From: an uncultured Verrucomicrobiae bacterium | Lineage (GTDB): Bacteria > Verrucomicrobiota > Verrucomicrobiia > Limisphaerales > JAFGQR01 | Direction: 5' to 3' | NCBI GenBank assembly: GCA_963788655.1 | Contig: CAWBHS010000060.1 | Span: 64,001 to 128,000 of the forward strand | DNA: 64,000 nt | Shown: one piece after another, positions 51,675 through 63,010 of the stretch | Numbering within the stretch: position 1 is the first letter of the stretch | Layout: every line of letters begins with the position of its first letter | Notes under the pieces: model-generated | What the model was told of the DNA's origin: nothing | Databases searched by the model: none | What the model saw: the letters and a program-made list of their open reading frames with translations, nothing else | Translations under genes and position numbers: made by a program

Positions 51675-52904
51675 GTGACGGGATTGCCTTCGCCTGGAGC
51701 AGGCGTTTCACGCGCCAGTCTGCCGCGTTTTCACGAACGCAGCTACTTCACTGAATCGTTCCAGCGAAGACGCACGTTGGTGCCCATCGCCCTCCTGTTG
51801 TTGGCGCCGTTGGTCGCTCATTCAGCCGTCAGTCTGAAGCTGAACGCACCGCTGGATTACCAGGTTGTTCAGCGCAGCTCTGCCGGCAAAGGCACACTAA
51901 AAATTGCTGGCGAGGTTCTTCCGTCGAGCACAAACGTCACCGCGCTTGAAGTCAATATTCAGTCCGCAAACCCCAGCGAGTGGCGAAAGCTCGCGGCGCA
52001 GTTCGATGGCGGCATGTTTTCCGGCGAAACAGAAGCGCCGGCGGGAGGCTGGTATCGCGTGGCGGTGCGGGTTCTGAGCGGCGACACGGTGCTGGCGGAA
52101 AGTTCCGTGGAGCATGTCGGCGTGGGCGAGGTGTTCGTGGTGGCCGGCCAGTCGAACGCGGCCAATCACGGCGCGGAGAAGCAGACGACGAAGACGGGGC
52201 TTGCGGCCGCCTTCGATGGCCGCGCCTGGCGGTTGGCGAACGATCCGCAGCCGGGCGCGAGTGGCACGGGTGGCAGTTTTCTGCCTCCGTTTGGCGATGC
52301 CATCGCGGAGCGGTTCGATGTGCCGGTGGGTTTCATCGCCTGTGGCATCGGCGCAACCAGCGTGCGCGAGTGGCTGCCGAAGGGAACGGTGTTTCCAAAT
52401 CCCCCGACCATTGAGAGTCGCGTGGCGAAGCGGCCGGGCGGCGAGTGGGAGAGCAAGGGCGAGGCGTTTGCGATGTTTACCAGGCGCATGAAGCAACTTG
52501 GTCCGCGTGGCTTTCGGGCCGTCCTGTGGCATCAAGGCGAGAGTGACGCCAATCAGCAAGACACGACCCGCACACTCCCGGGTCGGCTGTACCGCGCATA
52601 TTTGGAACAAGTCGTCCGCGAGTCACGTCGCGTGATCGGCTGGGACGCGCCTTGGTTTGTCGCGCAAGTCAGTTATCACGTGCCGGGTGACGAATCTTCG
52701 CCGGACATCCGCGCCGCGCAGGCGTCGTTGTGGAAAGACGGCGTCGCGCTGGAAGGTCCGGACAGTGATGCCCTCAAGGGGGAATTCCGCGACACGGGCG
52801 GTAAAGGTGTTCACTTCAGCGGCCCCGGATTGCGCGAACACGCCGCCCGCTGGGTCGAGAAAGTCGCTCCCTGGCTCGAACAGCAATTGAAACAAAGCCC
52901 ATGA
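51675..52904 (+). CDS. Sialate O-acetylesterase (SASA/CE6-like SGNH) domain protein
   Basis: VGEVFVVAGQSNA, VLWHQGESDA and D...GVHFS. The signal-like LLLLAPLVAHSA suggests the true start is near 51777. Confidence 0.85.
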   Translation: MTGLPSPGAGVSRASLPRFHERSYFTESFQRRRTLVPIALLLLAPLVAHSAVSLKLNAPLDYQVVQRSSAGKGTLKIAGEVLPSSTNVTALEVNIQSANPSEWRKLAAQFDGGMFSGETEAPAGGWYRVAVRVLSGDTVLAESSVEHVGVGEVFVVAGQSNAANHGAEKQTTKTGLAAAFDGRAWRLANDPQPGASGTGGSFLPPFGDAIAERFDVPVGFIACGIGATSVREWLPKGTVFPNPPTIESRVAKRPGGEWESKGEAFAMFTRRMKQLGPRGFRAVLWHQGESDANQQDTTRTLPGRLYRAYLEQVVRESRRVIGWDAPWFVAQVSYHVPGDESSPDIRAAQASLWKDGVALEGPDSDALKGEFRDTGGKGVHFSGPGLREHAARWVEKVAPWLEQQLKQSP

Positions 52905-53227
52905 AATCAAGCCTCCTCACGCTCGACGCTCTGCTGCTCTTTGGCCCGTTGGCAGGGCAGGCTGCCAACTTGAACCCGATCCCCTGGCCGAAGTCGGTTG
53001 AAACGCTGCTTGGTTCGGTGAGTCTCAATCCGCGCCGCCAGATTGTGGCCGCTGACGCTCAACTGCATCCGCCGGCGGAGGTTCTGGCGAAAGAGATTTT
53101 TCTGGCCACAGGCCGGCAGTTAGATCACCACGGCGCCGCGTCCCGCTGCCGTGGACATTTCCATGGATGGCTAGACCTGGACGGAAGCAGCGGGCATGAA
53201 CCGCAACCAGCAACCGACTACGTTTAA
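52901..53227 (+). pseudogene. Internally deleted remnant of a GH20-like (hexosaminidase domain 2) gene
   Basis: Signal peptide plus LNPIPWPKSV...AEVLAKEIFLATGRQL is a typical GH20b start, then homology is lost abruptly. Another frame shows a discoidin-like tail (VDISMDG*TWTEA) with an internal stop. Confidence 0.6.
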
Positions 53228-53314
53228 AACTGACCTGGTGTATCACGACCACGAATGACCCCAGCAAAAACTGGGTTGACGTTTGGGGGATTATTGGAAC
53301 CAACTAAGACAACG

Positions 53315-56300
53315 ATGAAACGAATACTGATACTGTGGGCGCTCTGGGCGCTCGTGAACGGGGCCGCCGCGGCAGGCAACTTGGCGGTGGACTTCGCTTC
53401 GCCACCAGCTTCGGCCCGTCCGTGGGTCTATTGGTTCTGGCTCAACGGCAACATCACCAGCAACGGCATCACCGCCGATCTCGAAGCCATGCAGCGCGTT
53501 GGCATCGGCGGAGCGTTGATCATGGAGGTGGACCAAGGTGCGCCGGTGGGCCCCATCGATTTCATGGGCACCTCGTGGCGCGATCTGTTCCGCCATGTCC
53601 ATGCCGAGGCCAACCGGCTGGGATTGGAAATCAACATGAACGATGATGCCGGCTGGAACGGCAGCGGTGGACCGTGGATCAAGCCCGAACAATCCATGCA
53701 AGAGCTAACGTGGTCCGAAACCAACGTCATTGGCCCGCGGCATTTTGAAGGCGTGCTCCCGCAACCCGGAACCACCGCCAACTTTTATCGCGACATCGCG
53801 GTGCAAGCATTTCCTACCGTGGACGAATACCGGATTCCCGGCATTGAAGCGAAAGCCGCGTTCCAACGGCGGGGCGCAAAGAAATCCAGCCAAGCCGAAC
53901 CCACGCCGCAATCAAACATCGCCCCGGCAGCCATCATCAACCTGACCGCGCAAATGGACGCCGCGGGCCGATTGGTGTGGGACGTGCCCGCCGGCAAATG
54001 GACCATCCTCCGCCTTGGGCACACCAGCACCGGTGCCGAGAATGCTCCCGCACCAAAATCCGGTCGCGGCCTCGAGTGCGACAAGCTCAGTCCGGCAGGC
54101 ATCGAAGCCAACTTCGCCGGCATGATGGCGAAACTGGCCGGCGACACCGGCATCGCTTCACAGCGCCCCGCAGCCGGTCTGGTGGCCACGCACATTGACA
54201 GTTGGGAGAACGGTTCGCAGAACTGGACCACTCGCATGCGGGAGGAGTTTCAGCAGCGGCGCGGCTACGACTTGACGCCCTACCTGCCGGTGTTCACCGG
54301 GCGCGTCGTGAACAGCCAGGAGATGTCCGAGCGTTTTCTTTGGGATCTGCGCCGGACCGTTTCCGAACTGGTCATCGAGAACTACGCCGGGCAGTTCCGG
54401 CGCCTCGCCCATGCCAACGGCATGCGCTTCACGGTCGAGGCTTACGGTGGCCCGTGCGACTGCATTCCTTACGCGGGTCAAGCGGATGAGCCCATGGGCG
54501 AGTTCTGGACGCCTGGCGGCGGGGCATTGGAAACCTGTCGCGGCATGGCGTCCGCGGGGCATGTTTATGGTAAGCGCATCATCGGCGCTGAAGCCTTCAC
54601 GTCCGGCGACCAGGAACGCTGGCGCGAGCATCCGGCGCTGCTGAAGGCGCTGGGGGACCGCGCATTTTGCGAAGGCATCAACCGCTTCGTCTTTCACCGT
54701 TACGCCATGCAACCGTGGGTGGACTACCGTCCTGGCATGACCATGGGACCGTGGGGGCAGCACTACGAACGCACGGAAACATGGTGGGAGCAGTCGCGTC
54801 CCTGGCACGAATATCTGGCCCGCTGTCAGTTCATGCTGCGCCAGGGATTGTTCGTCGCTGATATTTGTTACCTCCAGGCCGAAGCGCCGCCGCTGGGTTT
54901 CGGACATCATCCGCGTGCCGGTTACGATTGGGACGAATGCACCGACGACGCCGTGCTCAAGCGAATGTCCGTGCGCGATGGCCGCCTGGTGCTGCCCGAT
55001 GGGATGAGCTACCGGCTGCTCGCATTGTCGGATGCGCGCACGATGACGCCGCGATTGTTGCGCAAGGTGAAGGAACTTGTCGAAGCCGGCGCCACAGTGG
55101 TCGGCCCGCGCCCGTTGAAGTCACCGAGCCTGAGCGATTATCCGCAATGCGATGGGGAGGTTCAGGCATTGGCGCAGGAATTGTGGGGTGACCCCGCCAA
55201 TTCCGGCGAAGGTCAAGGAGAACATCGATTGGGCCGGGGGCGGGTAGTCTGGGGACAAACACCCGAACAGGTGTTGCAACAAGGTGATGTTCCCGCCGAC
55301 TTCGTTTGCAGCCGGCCGTGGCGTTACATTCACCGCGCCACCGGCGACGCGGATATTTATTTCGTGGCCAATGGAAAAGCCTTCGAAGCGACTGCCACGT
55401 GCGCCTTCCGGGTAATGGACAAGGTGCCGGAATTGTGGTCGCCGGAAACCGGCACCATCGAACGCGCCGGCGTCTATGAAACGAAGGATGGCGTCACCCG
55501 CGTCGCGCTGACCTTGGGACCAAACGGTTCAGCCTTTGTGGTTTTCCGCAAAGCCACCGGAGCCGCCGATCCCATCGTCCAAGTGCGCCGCGATGGCAAG
55601 ACGCTTTTGTCAGCGGCGCTGGAGCCGGCACCTAAAATTACCGTGCGCCAGGCGCGCTACGGTGTATTGGATGATCCCCAGCGCACTCGCGATGTGACCA
55701 TGAAGGTGCAGCAGTTAGCCGACACCGGCGAGCACAGTTTCCCCGTCACGGCGATGGCGGCGGGCGACGATCCCGCCCTCAATGTCGTGAAGACGCTGGT
55801 GGTGGACTTCAGCATCGACGGGCAGAATTACTCTGTAACTGGGCACGATGGCGAAAACATCCGACTGAATCGCAATGTGGTCGGAGCCCAGGTGGTAAAG
55901 GCCCTGTACGGCGTGCTTGACGACCCAAAGCGCACCCGCGACGTGCGCAAGAAAGTGCAACGTCTCCTGGATGCCGGCGAAAGTAACTTCAGCGTGGCGC
56001 TTATGGCGGCGGGCGATGATCCGGCCTTTGGCATCGTCAAAACGCTCAACGTCGAATACACGCTCAACGGGAAACGCCTGCATCTGACCGGCACTGATCC
56101 GGAGACCGTGGACTTTGTCACCGGGCCGATGCCGCCAACCGCGATTGTGCAAATCCTTTGCGACAACAAAGGCCGCGCCAGCTTGGAGGCGCGTGAGCCC
56201 GGTGAATACGAACTTCTGACCGCCTCCAGTCAATCCCGCCGTATCAAGGTGGAGGCCATACCGCCGCCGCTGGAATTGAGCGGCCCATGGGAAGTGCGCT

Positions 56301-56840
56301 TCGATCCCCATTGGGGCGGCGCGGAGCACGTGACGTTCGACCAACTCGACGACTGGTCCAAGCGTCCCGAAGACGGCATTCGCTATTACTCGGGCGAAGC
56401 CACTTACCGAAAGACTTTCACCCTCAAGTCTCAACCCTCAGTCCTCGACCGCTTGATTCTCGACCTCGGCAAAGTCGCAGTGATGGCTGAAGTCAAACTC
56501 AACGGCAAAAACCTCGGCATTCTCTGGAAGCCCCCATTCCGATTGGACGTGACTGACGCGCTGAAGGCCCGGCGAAAACCAACTCGAAGTGAACGTCGTC
56601 AACCTCTGGATCAACCGCATGATTGGCGACGAACAATTGCCGGAGGACAGCGACCGCCACGCTAACGGCACCCTCAAGGCGTGGCCCCAGTGGGTCAACG
56701 AAGGCAAGCCCAGTCCGACCGGCCGCTACACCTTCACCAGTTGGCGGCTATGGAAGAAAGATTCTCCGTTGCAAACCTCGGGACTGCTTGGCCCCGTGAC
56801 TGTGCAAACGGTCAGACAAGTCAGCATCAGTGGCCGTTGA
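53315..56840 (+). CDS. GH106-family alpha-L-rhamnosidase-like glycoside hydrolase (apparent frameshift near 56570)
   Basis: FASPPASARPWVYWFWLNGNI, GWNGSGGPWI, HIDSWE, MGEFW, GAEAFT and EGINRFVFH. The C-terminal GH2-like sugar-binding domain continues in ORF 56589..56840 (VNLWINRMIGD...SGLLGPV). Confidence 0.9.
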
Positions 56841-56909
56841 AAAAGTGTTAGAAAGACAATGAACTGCCCCAGCAGGCGATGATTTTGTGAAAGAACAGTA
56901 ACGACTCCT

Positions 56910-59267
56910 ATGAATACCACGACGATGATGATCCGCGCCCTGCAATGGGCGCCGGCCCCCTTCACTCTGGCCATCGCGACGGCGTTTGCCTCCGCAGCTC
57001 CCGCCGGTGATTTTACGATTGAAACCCGCGACCAGATCACGCTGCACGCCCAACCGTTTCCGCTGCGCGAGGTGCGGTTGCTGGCCGGGCCATTCAAGCA
57101 CGCGCAGGATTTGGACCGCCAATACCTTTTGTCATTCGATGTGGACCGGTTGCTCCATACCTTCCGCCTCAATGCGGGGCTGCCTTCTTCCGCCCAACCG
57201 CTCGGAGGCTGGGAAGAGCCGAAGGGCGAACTGCGCGGGCATTTCGTCGGGCACTATCTTTCGGCGTGTGCCCTACTGTATGCCAGCACCGGCGACGCCC
57301 GGCTCAAGCAGAAGGGCGACGCGGTCGTGGCCGGTTTGGCGGAGTGTCAGGCGAAATTCCCCAGCGGCTATCTGAGCGCCTATCCGGAGGAGTTCATTGA
57401 TCGGGTGGAGCAGCAGCAACGCGTCTGGGCGCCTTACTACACGTTGCACAAAATCTTTGCCGGACTGCTCGACATGTACGCGCTCACCGGTAACACGCAG
57501 GCGCTCGCAGTGGCCAAACGATTCGGGGACTGGGTCATCGCCCGCAATGCGCGCCTCACGGATGAGCAGATGCAGAAAATGCTCGGCACCGAGCACGGCG
57601 GCATGAACGAGTGCCTGGCCAACCTGTATGCTCTCACCGGCGAAGAGAAGTATTTAAAGCTCGCCTTTCGCTTCAATCACCGTCAACTCCTTGACCCGTT
57701 CGCCCGGCGCGAGGACAACCTCACGGGCAAACATGCCAACACGCAGTTCCCGAAATTCATCGGCGCCGCTCGCGAGTATGAATTGACCGGCGACGATTCG
57801 CTGCACACCGCCGCCACGTTCTTCTGGAACACGGTCGTCCAGGAGCGATCGTACGTCATCGGCGGCAACAGCGACGGCGAGATGTTCACGGCCAAGGACA
57901 AACTCTCGACCGCGCTGGGGCCGAACACGACCGAGACCTGCAACACCTACAACATGCTCAAGCTTACACGCCATTTGTTCTGCTGGGATCCCGAGGTGGC
58001 GTATGGCGATTTTTACGAGCGCGGCCTCTACAATCACATCCTGGCGTCCCAGAATCCCGAAACCGGAATGATGTGTTACTATGTGCCGCTACGCTCCGGT
58101 TCGAGAAAAACCTACAACACCCCGCTCAATTCCTTCTGGTGCTGCACCGGCACCGGGATCGAAAACCACGCCAAATACGGTGACTCGATTTATTTCCACG
58201 CCGGTGACTCGACGCTTTACGTGAATCTATTCATCGCCTCCGAACTGAACTGGCAGGAACGAGGACTGCGGTTACATCAGGAAACCGACTTCCCCGAAGC
58301 CGGCGCCACGAAGCTCACGTTCAACTGCGAGCAGCCGGTGGAACTGGAGTTGAAATTGCGCTGGCCGGCATGGGCGAAATCCGGTTTCGAAGTGTCCGTC
58401 AACGGCGACCCAGTGAAGGCGGCCGGACAACCGGGCTCCTGGCTGCCGCTCAAACGCACGTGGAAACGCGGCGACACGGTGAGCGTGCGCATGCCCTTCC
58501 GCCTGCGCACCGAAGGCTTCGCGGACAATCCCGATCGCTTCGCATTCTTGAACGGTCCGATCGTACTTTGCGCTCAGGTGAAGCCGGGCCAACCGTTTCC
58601 AGCCGTGGTCGCCGAGCGCGACCAGGTCATCAAAGCATTTAAGCCGTCAGACAAGCCCAACACGTTCAGTGCGTCGCCTGGGATGTTTCGTATTCCAAGC
58701 GGGTCGCAGGCTGTCACTTTGGAACCGTTTTACCAAATGCACGGTGGGCGACACTACCAAGTCTATTTTGACCGTTACACTCCCGCGCAATGGAAACAGA
58801 AGGAAGCCGATTACGCTGCCGAATTGGCCCGTCAGCGCGAACTCGAGGCCCGCACGGTGGACTTCGTCGTGCCGGACCGGGAACAGAGCGAGCGGGATCA
58901 CGCCTTGCAGGGCGAACGGACCAGCGCCGGTGACTTCAGCGGCCGCCACTGGCGTCACGCCACGGACGGCGGCTGGTTCTCCTGGCAGTTGAAAGCGCTA
59001 CCCGACCAAGCCCAGGAACTCTGGGTCACCTACTGGGGAAGCGATGGCGGCAATCGCCTCTTCGACGTCATGGTGGATGGCCAAAAGATCGCCACCCAAC
59101 GCCTGCAAAACAACCGGCCCGACAAGTTCTACGACGAAGTGTATCGTCTCCCCGCTGACCTGCTGAAAGGCAAATCGACCATCACCGTGAAGTTCCAGGC
59201 GCATCCCGGCGCGTGGGCGGGCGGTGTATTTGGGGCACGAATCATGAAGACCGAGAGGAAGGAGTGA
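56910..59267 (+). CDS. GH127/GH146-type beta-L-arabinofuranosidase-like hydrolase
   Basis: GGWE...ELRGHFVGHYLSA, WAPYYTLHK, EHGGMNE, HANTQ, ETCNTYNMLKL, FWCCTGTGIEN and a C-terminal beta-sandwich. Confidence 0.92.
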   Translation: MNTTTMMIRALQWAPAPFTLAIATAFASAAPAGDFTIETRDQITLHAQPFPLREVRLLAGPFKHAQDLDRQYLLSFDVDRLLHTFRLNAGLPSSAQPLGGWEEPKGELRGHFVGHYLSACALLYASTGDARLKQKGDAVVAGLAECQAKFPSGYLSAYPEEFIDRVEQQQRVWAPYYTLHKIFAGLLDMYALTGNTQALAVAKRFGDWVIARNARLTDEQMQKMLGTEHGGMNECLANLYALTGEEKYLKLAFRFNHRQLLDPFARREDNLTGKHANTQFPKFIGAAREYELTGDDSLHTAATFFWNTVVQERSYVIGGNSDGEMFTAKDKLSTALGPNTTETCNTYNMLKLTRHLFCWDPEVAYGDFYERGLYNHILASQNPETGMMCYYVPLRSGSRKTYNTPLNSFWCCTGTGIENHAKYGDSIYFHAGDSTLYVNLFIASELNWQERGLRLHQETDFPEAGATKLTFNCEQPVELELKLRWPAWAKSGFEVSVNGDPVKAAGQPGSWLPLKRTWKRGDTVSVRMPFRLRTEGFADNPDRFAFLNGPIVLCAQVKPGQPFPAVVAERDQVIKAFKPSDKPNTFSASPGMFRIPSGSQAVTLEPFYQMHGGRHYQVYFDRYTPAQWKQKEADYAAELARQRELEARTVDFVVPDREQSERDHALQGERTSAGDFSGRHWRHATDGGWFSWQLKALPDQAQELWVTYWGSDGGNRLFDVMVDGQKIATQRLQNNRPDKFYDEVYRLPADLLKGKSTITVKFQAHPGAWAGGVFGARIMKTERKE

Positions 59268-59350
59268 AGCAATAAAGTCTGGCGAGGGCCGGAACGCAGG
59301 CACGAAGCGTTACAAACCCGGAGAAATTACACTCCGCAAAAAACAAGACG

Positions 59351-59427
59351 AGCGGTAGCCGTCGAAGTTAGGAGGCGGATCCATGCGCGCTGAACTTGCA
59401 CCGCCTCCTTACATCGGCGGCTACCGC
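59351..59427. repeat. Family A inverted REP pair
   Basis: GCGGTAGCCGTCGAAGTTAGGAGGCGG / CCGCCTCCTTACATCGGCGGCTACCGC. Confidence 0.8.
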
Positions 59428-59471
59428 GGCGGTAAAATATACATTCCAAACCATCTTCTATTAGCCAACGA

Positions 59472-61829
59472 ATGATTACGTTGAACCATCGCCTTTCTTG
59501 TAATGCCACCGTTTTCGTCGTTCTTTCTTTCCTGCTCCTGTCCATGCTTCCGGGGTCGGGTTCCGCCGTGGGCGGCGAGGAATTCGTAGGGCCGTTTCCG
59601 AGTTGGCGGAATGCGCAGCGGGATTACGGAGCGCGCGGCGACGGTCAGGCCGATGATACCGCCGCCCTCCAACGCGCGCTCGATGAACTTATCCGGCACA
59701 CGAACGCCTGCGTGCTTTATCTGCCGGCCGGAACGTATCGCCTCACCGGCACCTTGAAGACCGTCCGCAAGGCGCACACGGACTGCCAGGGCGTCGCGAT
59801 CATCGGCGAGGATCCGGCCCGCACGGTGCTGCGCTGGGACGGGACGAACGGTGGCACCATGTTCAGTTGGGATGCCTGGTATTCCAAGATTTCACGTCTG
59901 AACTTCGCCGGCGCCGGACGCGCGGGGACTGCGCTGCTCTACGGCCCGGCGTTCTCCACCTATAACGAAACCAGCGACCTTATTTTCCGCGACGTCACCA
60001 ATGGCCTCGTCTTCGGCGGGCCAAAGACCGCCGGCCAGGCGGAGAACGCGGTCCTTCGTTGCCAGTTTCTACGCTGCGGGACCGGCATTCAAACGGTGAA
60101 CTGGAACTCGATGGACATCTGGGTTTGGTATGGCCGGTTCGAAGATTGCGGGCGCGGCGTCCACAACGTGATGGGCAATTGGCACGTCTGGCAATCGCTC
60201 TTTCTGCGCTCGCGGATCGCCGACTTGAGCAGTATCAACCTGATGGCCTTTTCCGTGGTCAACAACACCAGCATCGGCTCGCGCTGCTTCTTCGATTTCG
60301 CGACCGGACACACTTGGGGATCGCCGGTGAGCCTGACCGGCAATCGCGTCCTCGATCCGACCGGCGATTGGGCCGTCCTGCTCGATAACGCCGGACCCTA
60401 TCTGGTCGTGGATAACCAGTTTCGTCTGCCAGGCAAAACGCGCGGCGTCCGCATGACGTGGGCCGATCAGACGCTCGTTGGCAACCGCTACTCCAAAACC
60501 AACGCCGTGGAAGAACGCGGCCGGTTCCGCCGGTTGGCGGAGAAGGTAGTGCCGGCCAATGCGATCTCCGACGCACTCCCGCCACTGCCCCCTACCCCGC
60601 CCCACCGCGAGCGAAAGGTCTTCGAAGTTCCGGCCGGTGCGGATGCCGACGCGATCCAACAGGCGATCAACGAGGCGGCGAAACTCGCGGGCCAACGACC
60701 GGTTGTTCATTTGCCCATGGGCAACTACGCGATCAGGAAGACGCTGGTGATCCCCGACGGCTGCGACCTGCAATTGGTAGGCGACAGCGCGGGCGAAACC
60801 GGCACCCGCCTGAATTGGACCGGCCCAAGCGATGGCGTGGTGCTTCGGGTTGCGGGACCGAGCCACGCGACGCTGCGGGATTTCCATATCCATGCCGGGA
60901 CCGCGCGCGCGTTGCTGGTGGAGAATTGCGACCAGCCGGGCAGCCACATTTTGGCCGACCAACTGAACGCCAACGGACCCACTGCCAAAGGCAGCCCCAA
61001 CGCCGCTTCACTGCGCCTTAACAGCCTCGACCACGCGGACATCCTGCTTCGTTCGCTCCAGGGCAGCGGGAATGGCGGGCATTGGGTGGAAGTCTTGGGC
61101 GGTTCCGAGGAGAAGCACGCCACCAACCAAGTGAGCATCTTCACCGGCGCCACCGGCTCCGCCGCCGGGCAATACCACGTGAGCCGTGGCGGGCGGCTCG
61201 TAGTGCGCGGTGTTTATCACGAGCGTAGCAGCGATTCCTTGAACGGCCTGCACTTGACGGATCGCGGCACCCTGAGCATTGACGCCACACGCTTTTCTTA
61301 CGCCACATCGCCCACCTCACCGACCATTGCCGCCGATAACTTCCACGGCTTGTTTACACTTGCCACGTGCATGTTGCTGCCCGTTGAGACGAAGCAAAGC
61401 TGTCGATTTGAGCTGCGTGGCGATGGCCGCGACGCCAGCGTGCTCGCCTTGAACAATCAGTTCTGGATTGAGCAAAAGACCTCCGCTGATGACGTATGGC
61501 GCAACCTTGCTCAACCACCGGTGCAAGGCGGCCTCATTGGTTGCAACGTGAACACGGGCAACCAGCAGGCGGCCCCCAAAGGTTTCGAGTTCCTGGCCAA
61601 CATCGGCGACCACCCCGACCCGGCCAAGTCCGCTTCCGGCGCCGGCCCGCTGGAGGATCGCGGCACCGTGGACGACGCCACGCTTTTGCGTCACCTGGCG
61701 CCGCTGCGCGCGGCTCGCGTCTGGCTGCCGGACGGTTCGGTTCCGCGGCAGGCCACCGATCTGCGCCTCCACCGCGTGATGGCCAGTGGCGGCCATGCGA
61801 CGGTGGTGGAGTTCCGGAGTCGCCGTTGA
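59472..61829 (+). CDS. Secreted pectin-lyase-fold protein with two Pectate_lyase_3-type beta-helix modules
   Basis: DYGARGDGQADDTAALQRA...LYLPAGTYRL and a second cap DADAIQQAINEA...VHLPMGNYAI, plus a signal peptide. Confidence 0.75.
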   Translation: MITLNHRLSCNATVFVVLSFLLLSMLPGSGSAVGGEEFVGPFPSWRNAQRDYGARGDGQADDTAALQRALDELIRHTNACVLYLPAGTYRLTGTLKTVRKAHTDCQGVAIIGEDPARTVLRWDGTNGGTMFSWDAWYSKISRLNFAGAGRAGTALLYGPAFSTYNETSDLIFRDVTNGLVFGGPKTAGQAENAVLRCQFLRCGTGIQTVNWNSMDIWVWYGRFEDCGRGVHNVMGNWHVWQSLFLRSRIADLSSINLMAFSVVNNTSIGSRCFFDFATGHTWGSPVSLTGNRVLDPTGDWAVLLDNAGPYLVVDNQFRLPGKTRGVRMTWADQTLVGNRYSKTNAVEERGRFRRLAEKVVPANAISDALPPLPPTPPHRERKVFEVPAGADADAIQQAINEAAKLAGQRPVVHLPMGNYAIRKTLVIPDGCDLQLVGDSAGETGTRLNWTGPSDGVVLRVAGPSHATLRDFHIHAGTARALLVENCDQPGSHILADQLNANGPTAKGSPNAASLRLNSLDHADILLRSLQGSGNGGHWVEVLGGSEEKHATNQVSIFTGATGSAAGQYHVSRGGRLVVRGVYHERSSDSLNGLHLTDRGTLSIDATRFSYATSPTSPTIAADNFHGLFTLATCMLLPVETKQSCRFELRGDGRDASVLALNNQFWIEQKTSADDVWRNLAQPPVQGGLIGCNVNTGNQQAAPKGFEFLANIGDHPDPAKSASGAGPLEDRGTVDDATLLRHLAPLRAARVWLPDGSVPRQATDLRLHRVMASGGHATVVEFRSRR

Positions 61830-61979
61830 AACCAGGGTACCGCTTTCTTGATTCGTGATGCGAAGCAGTGAGTCGGATTGCATTATCCGAACATCGAATG
61901 GCCTCTTGATTCGCTCCGTTGGTTCGACCAAGGTTCCGCCAACGTTTTCAACAAAGCTGAATAGCCTTAAAGAAGTTGC

Positions 61980-62867
61980 ATGCTTGGCCTGTTCTACGCG
62001 CTGATCACGGTCCTGGCTTGGGGCACCTGGCTGACGCCTTCGCAACAGGTGGCGTTTAAGGGCCAGCAGGTGCGCACCTTTTATGTGGCCGTCACGAATT
62101 TCGTCCTGGCGTCTTTGGTGGCGGCAGGCCAGGGCTTCGGACAAATTACGGCGGCCATGTTTTGGTTTCCGTTTGCCGGCGGCCTGATCTGGGCGGTGAG
62201 TGCGCTCTGCGCCTTCACGGCTACCGAGAAACTCGGCATGGCCCGGGCGTACGGAATTTGGGCGCCGCTCAATATCATTGTCAGCCTCGTGTTGGGGACG
62301 GTGTTGTTTCGCGAATTCGTCGCGCTCAGTTCGTTGAATCTATTGCTGCTGTTCGGTGCGCTGGCGTTCATCATTGTGGGCGTCCTCATGATCGTCTTTG
62401 CCAAAGGCGCCGGCGAACGGAGCCGGAATCGCCACACCTTTATGATCGGCTTGGGCGGCGCCTTGGGGGCCGGCGGGTTGTGGGGCGCGTATTACATTCC
62501 CATCAAAGTCTCCCAAGCTTCCATGTGGGTTGCCGCGTTTCCCTTGGCCTGCGGCATTCTCACCGGCTGCGCGGCGCTGGTATTGCTCAAGCGACAATCG
62601 GTGAAGCTGGCTAAAAGAAGTGACTATATCCGGGTTCTCTCGACGGGTGCGCTCTGGTCCCTGGGTAATTACGGCATGCTGCTCTTGGTGGACCACCTGG
62701 GAGCGGGTAAGGGCTACACGATCGCCCAACTGGCGCTGGTGGTGAACGCCCTGTGCGGTATTTACCTGCTCAAAGATCCGCCGCCCCAAACGCGCGCCGC
62801 CCGCCTGACCCTGGTTGGCTGTTTGTTGGCGACGGCCGGTGGCATCGTGCTCGGCAACTTGAAATGA
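61980..62867 (+). CDS. DMT-superfamily sugar transporter (GRP/GlcU-like)
   Basis: About 10 TM helices in two repeats: ITVLAWGT, GGLIWAVS, LGMARA and GALWSLGNYG. Confidence 0.8.
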   Translation: MLGLFYALITVLAWGTWLTPSQQVAFKGQQVRTFYVAVTNFVLASLVAAGQGFGQITAAMFWFPFAGGLIWAVSALCAFTATEKLGMARAYGIWAPLNIIVSLVLGTVLFREFVALSSLNLLLLFGALAFIIVGVLMIVFAKGAGERSRNRHTFMIGLGGALGAGGLWGAYYIPIKVSQASMWVAAFPLACGILTGCAALVLLKRQSVKLAKRSDYIRVLSTGALWSLGNYGMLLLVDHLGAGKGYTIAQLALVVNALCGIYLLKDPPPQTRAARLTLVGCLLATAGGIVLGNLK

Positions 62868-63010
62868 AAGCTCGTGAATTGAGTTTCTAAACCGCAGGAG
62901 ACGACGTGTGTTCCCAAAATCATCTTATCCCTGAACGATGAAATCGTCGTGAGGTTTCTCTGCTCTGTTTCTTCCTTTCCCGCTGCCGGCAATCCATTTA
63001 TCCTGCCCGC

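Noticed and set aside
51131..51754. 207-aa plus-strand ORF
   Set aside because: It runs through REP-like hairpins and has no protein-like motifs.
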